Sequence record: MZ443769.1 | Length of the DNA: 64,000 bases | Reading direction: 5' to 3' (one strand) | Part shown: one piece after another, positions 56,599 through 64,000 of the stretch | Position numbering within the stretch: position 1 is the first letter of the stretch | Layout: each line of letters opens with the position of its first letter | Translations under genes and position numbers: made by a program | The notes under the pieces: generated by a model | Told to the model about the DNA's origin: nothing | What the model saw: only the letters and a program-made list of their open reading frames with translations | The model's database searches: none

Positions 56599-58281
56599 TC
56601 ACTGGAGTTTACTAACTATTTTTTGATACTCTCTATTTACAGTTTCTATATCGGTAGAGAACCCTCTCTTCGTGAATAGATTACGTCTAACGGTACCCAT
56701 ACGCAAGCTGTTCTCCCACAAGCGCATAAACAACAGGCTATTAAGAGTCGGTGTCATGAAAGGTTTCTCTTTCAGTTCAACATCCCCTTTGTAATCCGTT
56801 AGCAGGATAGCACCATCGAATTCCGCACTACACCACTCGGTCTCAGCCAAGATCTTGAGAAGGTTATAGCTCTCTTGACCTTGAACATAATGACTAAGCA
56901 CGGTGTACTTGTCTTTGTTGAAGAGTTCGATCTTCACAGAGTGCGAACACTGGACGCTATTCTTAAAATGATATTCGCCGCCCCTGCAATACGAGGAGTC
57001 TCTGATTCTATCGCAGAGTTCAGAAACAACTTTACCTGCAGGCTCAAATAGTTTTTTCCATCTGTCCCAAATCCAATCAACGTAGTCCGCTAACTCCTTG
57101 TCATCGAACTTATTCTTTTCTGCAACACGTTGAATTTTCGGGTCGCTGCATAGTTGACGATAGATATCAGTTTTTACAGGACGTGGTTGCTCGTCATCAG
57201 ATCTGCTTTCAAAATGTTGACGGAACCACTGGCGATTACTCCAACCACTATAGATACCACCGTAGTTAAGAGTCTTCGCTGTGCCCCTGCTTATCTTCAA
57301 ATATTTAGCAACAGCATCGTGATCAAGTGCCTCAAGCTCAGGACATTCAAGCCCATACTCCGCCAAGAGTTCTATGAGCAGGACCATCTGAGCATTCGGC
57401 ATATCGAAGTTACGGCCATACGAATGATCGAAGCATAACAGCTTAACCAACTTAGGCATAGCAGCAGCAGTTCCAAAAAGCCTTGAGCCTGTTGGGTTCA
57501 TTTTGTATATGTCGTAAAACTCGACAAGCCTGTCATTCGGGTCGTCGTTAACGAGCTTAAACCCAAACTTGCACACGCGCTTTAAGAATATATCGAGACG
57601 GAAATGCAGGCCGTCTTTTCGATTTGTCTTAGCGTTTTTCATTATGTCAAGGAATCGGTCGAGATAGAATCTATACGGACGTTGATTCTTTTGAGCCTTG
57701 TTAATGAGTGTTATCAGTTCGGAGCTACGTCCCCTGTGCTGTGAAAAGTTATCAGGTCTGACGAACGGTTTTGGTTTTATCGACGTACGGAACGAGGACT
57801 CAACTAAATCTTTCTCGTTAACGTAAATAGGTCTACGCCTCAGAGGTTTCATCAGGTTGTACATGGGTTCATCTTCAACGCACAAACTCGTAAACGTGGA
57901 TAAAATCGTTTTATTGAGCGTGTACTTACGGGCAATCCCCTTAACGTAATCGTAACGTGTTCTGTCGACCCTTTTGTCCAACCAAGCTTGCACGGAATGC
58001 GCTTTCCATCGGACTAAGGCATATCGCATCTTTTCATGAGCCCGCATGTACGTGTAGGTGACTACGGTTTCATTATAAATGTTTCTACGGTCAGAAATCT
58101 TCGACTTATCGATCAGGTGCATGAAAAACCAAGCTAAACTCTCGTAAAACTTATCAGATTTAGCGTTCGGTGGCTTTGGACAGGAATAAATCATATCCCA
58201 GAAGTATTTATGCGCTGATCTTTGTACCGTGGCTGCCCACCCTGGTAGCTCGGCTTTCTTTTTGAACACGGCCTTGGCCAT
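56599..58281 (-). CDS. Minimal PolA-superfamily (TV-Pol-like) polymerase/primase
   Basis: GSRLF, motif A-like NFDMPNAQM, motif B RGTAKTLNYGGIY, YVQGQES, motif C-like EFDGAIL; no exonuclease motifs seen. Confidence 0.6.
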   Translation of the reverse strand: MAKAVFKKKAELPGWAATVQRSAHKYFWDMIYSCPKPPNAKSDKFYESLAWFFMHLIDKSKISDRRNIYNETVVTYTYMRAHEKMRYALVRWKAHSVQAWLDKRVDRTRYDYVKGIARKYTLNKTILSTFTSLCVEDEPMYNLMKPLRRRPIYVNEKDLVESSFRTSIKPKPFVRPDNFSQHRGRSSELITLINKAQKNQRPYRFYLDRFLDIMKNAKTNRKDGLHFRLDIFLKRVCKFGFKLVNDDPNDRLVEFYDIYKMNPTGSRLFGTAAAMPKLVKLLCFDHSYGRNFDMPNAQMVLLIELLAEYGLECPELEALDHDAVAKYLKISRGTAKTLNYGGIYSGWSNRQWFRQHFESRSDDEQPRPVKTDIYRQLCSDPKIQRVAEKNKFDDKELADYVDWIWDRWKKLFEPAGKVVSELCDRIRDSSYCRGGEYHFKNSVQCSHSVKIELFNKDKYTVLSHYVQGQESYNLLKILAETEWCSAEFDGAILLTDYKGDVELKEKPFMTPTLNSLLFMRLWENSLRMGTVRRNLFTKRGFSTDIETVNREYQKIVSKLQ

Positions 58282-58652
58282 TTTTAACCTCAGAACAACT
58301 TTCTTGGTTGATCTTTACAGAATCTCTGGCTGATCATGGTATATACGCTGTATAAATGCTTGTTCTAGCAATTCTCTACCCAAAGTTGATATCAGGAGGA
58401 TATCTATCAGATAGGTTAGGTACAGCTTCATCTACATGCAGCTTGAGCGCACTATAGTCACACGAAATTCATACCATAGACCGATGAGGGAGCGTCCAAA
58501 AGTATTCATTAGGCGAGTAGTGATATGTCCAGAGGTGCGAAAGGGCTAAACCGTCTATAGGCGCCTTTTTTGGTGTCAATTCGGGATTTTCTCAATCTAA
58601 CGTATGCGTGATTAAATCCTTGCACCTCTGGAGCGATTCTGTAGGGAGTCGG

Positions 58653-59309
58653 TTATTTTTTGCGCGAAACCTTCTGCCCCAGTTTTACGCCAATCTGCGT
58701 CATAATGCGCTTAACGGTATCTCCGTCATGCTCCGCCATAGCCTGCGCAAGCCTTTCGCCCTGCTCGCGTGAAAGTTCAGGCATAACCATTTTAAGCATA
58801 GTCGAACGCATTTGAGCGCTCTTGCTGCGCTTTTTCGACAGCGAGGTCGTTTCCATCTCCTGCGCTACTCGGCGCATTGTACGTTGGACGCGACGATCAG
58901 CGAAGATATCACCAAAGATATCGCCGAATAGGTCTTTGAACGACATACCGCCTCCCATTACATCGTCCTTTGTGAAACGAACAGGCTGTCCGAGCGCATT
59001 CGTTTTAGCGCAATGTGTAGATTCGACAGCGTTTTGAATGCGATCGCCCGTGCGCGTTACTTCGTCAGGACGTGACGGCTTGCCCTCTGCTCCAGGATTT
59101 GTATCACCGTTACGCAGCGCAGGGTCACCTTCAACTTGTTTGTTTTGATCAAACATGTCATCGGCTGTAGCGCTTTGATTCGGGTCAAACGGAATCTTGC
59201 CTGTAAGCTTGTTAGGGTCAGGATACGAACGAGGGATATCAGACGCAGGCTGAGGCATGTTCGTCATATCGCCGTTCTTTTCGCTATTCAAACTAATCAT
59301 TACTCGCAT
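58653..59309 (-). CDS. Hypothetical protein with MRVMISLNS leader
   Basis: Start 59309 with AAGGA SD; low-complexity N-terminal half. Confidence 0.7.
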   Translation of the reverse strand: MRVMISLNSEKNGDMTNMPQPASDIPRSYPDPNKLTGKIPFDPNQSATADDMFDQNKQVEGDPALRNGDTNPGAEGKPSRPDEVTRTGDRIQNAVESTHCAKTNALGQPVRFTKDDVMGGGMSFKDLFGDIFGDIFADRRVQRTMRRVAQEMETTSLSKKRSKSAQMRSTMLKMVMPELSREQGERLAQAMAEHDGDTVKRIMTQIGVKLGQKVSRKK

Positions 59310-59319
59310 TTTTCGTTCC

Positions 59320-60429
59320 TTATCGAATTTTATAGCCTTTGAAAATGTTGTACGCAACTTCTTTGCGCTGTACAGGACGAGTGACGCACACCCATTCCCA
59401 TTGATCGTTCTTCGCCGTACGCTTCTTAGGCGCTTCCATAACTTTCAGCACGTAGTTTTTGAAAGGCAGCACTAAGAAGTCTTCAGGCTCAATAGCTCCG
59501 CTACGTGCAGGCAGAACAACCGTGATGTTACCGACTGTCAGCTCCTGTTCGTAGTTCAACACGTTTGCTTCGTCGCTGATGTTGCCGTTAACAGGAGGCA
59601 CACCCAAGTCGAAGATCATCGCAACGTGCGTGAAAGACTCAACATTACGGATTCGTAGTGTTACGTGCTGCCCGCGAAAACGGTCCATGTTTGCGGCTGT
59701 CAATTCGACCTCTACGCCGTTCAGGAGCAGCATAGGGCGGGGAAAAGCGGGCAATAATCTTTCGTTCTCACGAATAGAATAAGTCGCCTGCGTAAAGTAT
59801 TTTGGAATAAGCTGATCGAAATCCGCGTGTGCATCTTTGCGTTGCTGTCTAAACGTGGACGGACTTGTTGATTGATCCAACGTATAGCCAGACAGCTCTT
59901 TGACGTGATGGTGCGTGACGATGTTATAGATATAGCCTGTTGCTGCGAATCCCGGGACAATACCCTGACGGAAACAAATGCCGCAGTTCGCAACGTTACC
60001 TGCATCACCTCTGACGTCAAACTCTTCGTCAGTGCCTGTACCCATAATGTCTGCTGCATCCATTGCTGCATCCATGCCGTCGTCGATATCATCGAACGCA
60101 ACAGTCTGGCGACCTCCACCGAACATTGTCTTTGACACAGTACCGAGTTTAACTCCACCAGCTACTTCGTTGGAGCTACGACCAAGACCCTTCAATGGAC
60201 CTTCTTGATCATCGAATTCATCGTTCTCAACCTTGTTGCAACTACAGGTAATACCCATCTTCGCTTTCTTGAAGATGACTACCTGCGTTGAATCGACAGC
60301 AAGCGCCTGTTCAACTTTGGACTGCACCACTTCTTGGATACTGTCTAAACGTTGTTGCACTCGTTCTGTTTCGTAGGTCTTATGACGGTTGTAACGGTTG
60401 GTGGGTTTACCACGTTCAATCCAGCTCAT
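59320..60429 (-). CDS. Putative neck/head-completion virion protein
   Basis: Start MSWIERG with GAGGAG SD; GITCSC..CGICF..G..PGF motif resembles jumbo-phage neck proteins; late motif upstream. Confidence 0.5.
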   Translation of the reverse strand: MSWIERGKPTNRYNRHKTYETERVQQRLDSIQEVVQSKVEQALAVDSTQVVIFKKAKMGITCSCNKVENDEFDDQEGPLKGLGRSSNEVAGGVKLGTVSKTMFGGGRQTVAFDDIDDGMDAAMDAADIMGTGTDEEFDVRGDAGNVANCGICFRQGIVPGFAATGYIYNIVTHHHVKELSGYTLDQSTSPSTFRQQRKDAHADFDQLIPKYFTQATYSIRENERLLPAFPRPMLLLNGVEVELTAANMDRFRGQHVTLRIRNVESFTHVAMIFDLGVPPVNGNISDEANVLNYEQELTVGNITVVLPARSGAIEPEDFLVLPFKNYVLKVMEAPKKRTAKNDQWEWVCVTRPVQRKEVAYNIFKGYKIR

Positions 60430-60450
60430 AATTGTCTCCTCTTTGTGCTT

Positions 60451-60458
60451 AAAATTAG
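60451..60458 (-). promoter_or_regulatory. CTAATTTT motif
   Basis: 21 nt upstream of the 60429 start. Confidence 0.65.
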
Positions 60459-60486
60459 TGTTAAATTTTTTAGGACATTGCACCTA

Positions 60487-60502
60487 GTAAATAGTTATTT
60501 AC
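60487..60502. promoter_or_regulatory. Palindromic pair of GTAAATA motifs at the strand switch
   Basis: GTAAATA-GT-TATTTAC between divergent genes. Confidence 0.55.
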
Positions 60503-60528
60503 AAGCACATTGAATTACGGAGTCGAAT

Positions 60529-61077
60529 ATGCGTATTCTTACAGGCGACCCTGGTAAAGTAAACTTTGCGTTGTCTGTTCAGGAGTTTAAGGACAATCGC
60601 ATAGACATACTGGGTACGAGGATGTTCCACAGTCCTATACAGAACCTTCATTACGATATGCGCGAACCGACCAAAGCGTTCATGAAAGAGCTTGAGGACA
60701 TGTGGAAACAGTACGGTCCGTTTGATGCAATGTGCTTCGAACGCTTTCAGTCGCGTGGTTTAGGTGGCAACACAATTGAAGCTATCAGTTTGATGCTCGG
60801 TGTTGCTTCCGTGTTCGCGCTTAAAAAGAAATGTCCGATTGATCTGATTACTGCGAGTCAGTGGAAAAATGCGTTCAACCGCACTATGAACCTGAAAGAG
60901 TATTACGCTCTCCACAATCTGACTTCAAAGAAAAGCAGGAAAGCTATTCACGAATTCGACGCAAGTCTTATTGGCGTGTACACTTTCTACAGACAATCAA
61001 ACATCAAACCATTCACGGGCTTCGCGCGTATCCTCAATACATACTGCACGAAGTTCCTTGCATCACCTGTTTTATAA
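60529..61077 (+). CDS. RuvC-like Holliday junction resolvase
   Basis: ILTGDPGKVNFAL (D), MCFERFQ (E), ITASQWK and IHEFDASLIG (D) follow the RuvC/RNase H-fold catalytic pattern. Confidence 0.8.
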   Translation: MRILTGDPGKVNFALSVQEFKDNRIDILGTRMFHSPIQNLHYDMREPTKAFMKELEDMWKQYGPFDAMCFERFQSRGLGGNTIEAISLMLGVASVFALKKKCPIDLITASQWKNAFNRTMNLKEYYALHNLTSKKSRKAIHEFDASLIGVYTFYRQSNIKPFTGFARILNTYCTKFLASPVL

Positions 61078-61086
61078 GGCAGGATC

Positions 61087-61431
61087 ATGACTCTGACCGA
61101 AAGTGTTATTGCGCAAAACATTATCCACCCTGTTCTTGAGATCTTCTTTAAAGCTGAGATTCGCTTTTTGAAGCAAGGCCAGCTTCCTGTAGATGCGTCT
61201 GGTAATGCTCTGACAGAAACTGAATTCAAATCAACGTGGCTCACTCCAAACAAGTTGATCCGTGATTTCCATGATACTATTGCCTGTCAGTTGTGGTCCA
61301 CACTCAATCCTGATATCGGTTGTGTATTTTGGATTCGTGACAATGGCACATTGAAGCAGGACGACAAAAACTTTACTCATTTTAATTACGCAGTTGATAC
61401 TCGTGGTTATGAGTCTGGTGCTTATTCCTGA
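61087..61431 (+). CDS. Hypothetical protein (114 aa)
   Basis: AGG SD; collinear. Confidence 0.7.
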   Translation: MTLTESVIAQNIIHPVLEIFFKAEIRFLKQGQLPVDASGNALTETEFKSTWLTPNKLIRDFHDTIACQLWSTLNPDIGCVFWIRDNGTLKQDDKNFTHFNYAVDTRGYESGAYS

Positions 61432-61468
61432 TTCAGTTTTTGCAATATCTTCTATTTAAGGTACGACC

Positions 61469-61858
61469 ATGATTAACGAAAAAGACGTAACGAATGTAAT
61501 CACAGAAGTTCTCAAAGGTTTCGGCGAAGTTCTGTTTCTGGATCGTGGCCACACAGGCAAAAACGATGCCACGTACTCGACGCACGAAACTCAAATCAGT
61601 TGTACCATCGCTGATAACGCTGATGCAGATACTTTCGGCGAAATGTTCTTTTCGAAGTTCAGCGATCAGCTCGAAGAGTATCGCAAGAAAACCACAGGGA
61701 CGGATGCACCAACTAATCCGACTCTGATCGTGAACAACCCTGTTTATACTTACCGTGAACCTCAAGTATTGTCTGCGCCAAATGGCCGTACTTTGATCGC
61801 GGTTTCTGTGGGCTTCCCCTTCATTGTTGACCCAGCACTGCCACGTATGGATCTGTAA
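61469..61858 (+). CDS. Hypothetical protein (129 aa)
   Basis: AAGG SD; collinear. Confidence 0.7.
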   Translation: MINEKDVTNVITEVLKGFGEVLFLDRGHTGKNDATYSTHETQISCTIADNADADTFGEMFFSKFSDQLEEYRKKTTGTDAPTNPTLIVNNPVYTYREPQVLSAPNGRTLIAVSVGFPFIVDPALPRMDL

Positions 61859-61861
61859 ATA
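61853..61861 (+). promoter_or_regulatory. CTGTAAATA motif on the plus strand
   Basis: Exact motif; its orientation follows the gene strand switch. Confidence 0.65.
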
Positions 61862-61892
61862 ACCATACTAGGTACTCTTGGGAAAATCTGTA

Positions 61893-62564
61893 ATGGCGAA
61901 GCTAAAGAAAGAACGAAAAGTTGAGACTAAAAAAGTCGCTGCGAAGAAAACAAATAAACGGAAAGCAATTCCAGTAACAGTAATTGCAGATACGCGCCCT
62001 ATCATCGTATGCCCTGAACTCGAAGAGACTGCACAGCCTTTCCGATTCAGAGGCCAATGTCCGATGGTCACTTGTCAGTATTGCACAAGAGAGACTATGA
62101 CAGGCTGCATGGCTCTTGACCGAAAAGAATCCGCTGATCGTTCTATCTCTAACAGGGAGATTGCTTATTACAAGCGTGGCCTCTTTCCTGAACTTAAAGA
62201 AATGGACCAAAAGCAATTGGACACGACAGTCCGTCGCGCACAAGCTCGTACCCGTACTGCTCTCTGTCTTAATATGTACATTGCTTCCATTGATGATTCT
62301 GATTGCGACCGTACTTTCTCCTTTGTAGAAGGCCGCTCACGAATCGTTGATCAGGTTCATAACTATCTGGTTCAAACATTTACTGACTACCGACCGTGGA
62401 TGCTCGCGTATCTCGATGATGAAGAACGCTTCAACACGTCAGTGGGCAAAGTAACCAATTCCGAATTCAATTTAGGTTACGCACTGCGCTTAACGCCTCG
62501 TAAGTATCAGACGTTCTGCCAGTCGCTAAAAGACCTCAAACAATCTGGAGAAAGACATGAGTAA
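61893..62564 (+). CDS. Hypothetical protein with basic N-terminus and Cys cluster
   Basis: ATG at 61893 (ORF track TTG 61878); CPMVTCQYC..C suggests possible zinc binding. Confidence 0.7.
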   Translation: MAKLKKERKVETKKVAAKKTNKRKAIPVTVIADTRPIIVCPELEETAQPFRFRGQCPMVTCQYCTRETMTGCMALDRKESADRSISNREIAYYKRGLFPELKEMDQKQLDTTVRRAQARTRTALCLNMYIASIDDSDCDRTFSFVEGRSRIVDQVHNYLVQTFTDYRPWMLAYLDDEERFNTSVGKVTNSEFNLGYALRLTPRKYQTFCQSLKDLKQSGERHE

Positions 62565-64000
62565 CTTTATTTCGTTGGATCAGTATCGTGCTATCATCCA
62601 ACGCAACATTCTCGTCGAGCCTGCAATGCTTGTCTCGAACCAAACGCAGCCGCTGGGTTCTATCACCTTCCAGTGTCCTGGCGACAATTTCCAAATGCGG
62701 GATATCACAATCCCTGCTTCGCGTAACGCAGTCGACCTGACTCAATATGCGCCTCTGGAAAATTTACTTGCGTGTTCTCAACTGAAATCTCTAATTCAGT
62801 TGCAGCGCATCGCGTTGTTGAATCCGGAAGACATGCCAACTCCTGGTGAAGGTATTCAGAAGCCTACGCTTTCTGTTGAACCTGTTGCTGGCGCTATGTC
62901 AGTTGATGGACAGACTATCCCGAATGCAACGATCATCGTTGAGCAGAACGGAAATGTTTGGACTGGTACTTCGAACGGTGCTGGTGTATTCACTGTTGAC
63001 GTTAGCGGACTCGAAGAAGGTTCGTTCTCAATCACAGTGACCGCAGAAGGCTTCACGCCAGCTCGCTTCACCTACGAAGCAGGTGAACAGCCTCTTCAAC
63101 CGTACCCAGTTCCTACTGCGACTGCTGTGTTTAAAGAAACCACAGTCAACGGTACGACTGTTCCTCTTGCGAACATTGTCGTTGCGTTCGACACTAAATC
63201 GTTTACCGGTCAAGCAGATGATCAAGGCGTGTTCGCTATTGATGTTGACCCAATTCCGTTTGATGCAATCAGCCTGCACTTCGAAGCTGAGGGCTATCTG
63301 GAATACAACACAACGATCAACGCTGCAAGCATTCCTGGTATCGCGTCTGTTACTGCGCTGAACTTCCTGACAACTAGCGTTGCAGGTACTGCGAGTCCGA
63401 ACGCAGAAGTTGAGATCTTGATTGATGGCCAGCCGAACGTGTTTGCTACTGCAAGCCCGACTGGTACATGGTCAGCAACTGTGTTGCCTGTTAAAGGCAC
63501 TGTGCTTGCGCGTAGTCTTGAAGTTGATGGCTATGATGAAGCAACGGCCACTGCCGTACCTTCTAAATTGAACTTCGGTGACGTTGTTGTTGATGACGCT
63601 GATCAATTCGGTGAGAACCGTACAACTGTGACCGGTACAATCGCAGGCTTGAGCCCTGATGCTACCGACATTGCTGTGACAGTTACTGTTCAGGCAGGTG
63701 TTTACGAAGGGACTGTTGACCTTGCTGCTGGCACGTTCAACATTACAGGCGTTGATGCTAAAGCGGGTGTTGGTTCTACTGGCGTTGTCGATGTTACTTC
63801 CGCATTCTACGAAGATGGCTCTGCTGCGTTCACGATTCTGGAAGAGTTCGCTGCGCCTACGCTGCAACAAGCTGTTGATGGTCAGACTGCTGTTGTCGGC
63901 GACACTGCTGCTTCAACCACAGTTAAAGTCACAATGAACGGCGAAACTAAAACTGCATCTTCTAATCCGCAAGGTGCGTTCTCTGTTGATGGCTTCACTA
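62557..64000 (+). CDS. Ig-like repeat virion protein, partial (runs off window end)
   Basis: Not in ORF track. ATG 62557 with GGAG SD; open to the end: MSNFISLDQYRAIIQRN..; repeats like VDGQTIPNATIIV..GTSNGAGVFTVDV and VAGTASPNAEVEI..TASPTGTWSATV. Confidence 0.8.
   Translation, partial: MSNFISLDQYRAIIQRNILVEPAMLVSNQTQPLGSITFQCPGDNFQMRDITIPASRNAVDLTQYAPLENLLACSQLKSLIQLQRIALLNPEDMPTPGEGIQKPTLSVEPVAGAMSVDGQTIPNATIIVEQNGNVWTGTSNGAGVFTVDVSGLEEGSFSITVTAEGFTPARFTYEAGEQPLQPYPVPTATAVFKETTVNGTTVPLANIVVAFDTKSFTGQADDQGVFAIDVDPIPFDAISLHFEAEGYLEYNTTINAASIPGIASVTALNFLTTSVAGTASPNAEVEILIDGQPNVFATASPTGTWSATVLPVKGTVLARSLEVDGYDEATATAVPSKLNFGDVVVDDADQFGENRTTVTGTIAGLSPDATDIAVTVTVQAGVYEGTVDLAAGTFNITGVDAKAGVGSTGVVDVTSAFYEDGSAAFTILEEFAAPTLQQAVDGQTAVVGDTAASTTVKVTMNGETKTASSNPQGAFSVDGFT

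Noticed and set aside
58315-58431. 38-aa minus-strand ORF (MKLYLTYLIDILL..), in frame behind a 25-aa ORF via a TAG
   Set aside because: No SD and very short; amber readthrough has no other support. Left unannotated but not excluded.
58481-58502. CCGATGAG-GGA-GCG-TCC-AAAAG resembling a hammerhead core
   Set aside because: The invariant CUGAnGA has U changed to C, the GAAA is missing, and stems I and III could not be found.
88-60400. Dozens of plus-strand and alternate-frame ORFs in the track (for example 2635..3249, 18565..19263, 25051..25701, 35280..36041, 37628..38311)
   Set aside because: They fully overlap long, motif-bearing genes on the coding strand, lack SDs, and are expected shadows of biased codon usage.
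1-64000. Stop-codon reassignment
   Set aside because: Genes are full length and densely packed in the standard code; TAA, TGA and TAG all end real genes.

Overview
A 64 kb segment of a lytic jumbo dsDNA myophage. Gene content suggests, by inference only, the Y3/Yoloswag/JA11-like enterobacterial jumbo group related to Lu11/phiRSL1. Genes run on the minus strand from 1 to about 60430 and switch to the plus strand at about 60500. Structural genes: Ig-repeat fibre proteins, tail sheath, probable neck proteins and many lysine-rich proteins. DNA metabolism genes: family A polymerase with an N-terminal UDG-like domain, beta-clamp-like protein, DnaX, UvsW/UvsY-like pair, SbcC, SbcD, RuvC-like resolvase and a 1951-aa SNF2 ATPase. 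Cell-wall genes: GH108 endolysin and a Tlde1-like L,D-transpeptidase. No tRNA, rRNA, CRISPR array or integrase was seen. Main unexplained signals: (1) about 11 unrelated proteins share a short N-terminal leader ending in S-x-S-A, a candidate capsid-targeting or prohead-protease signal, carried among others by an ART-like protein and the SNF2 ATPase; (2) two phage-specific upstream motifs, CTGTAAATA before DNA-metabolism genes and CTAATTTT before virion/lysis genes, usually placed just after a conserved terminator; (3) a 52-58.6 kb block with a second, minimal PolA-fold (TV-Pol-like) gene, a possible RuvC-less TnpB-derived gene and two ORF-poor structured regions, one preceded by its own late-type promoter. 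All protein assignments come from motifs read by eye; no searches were run.
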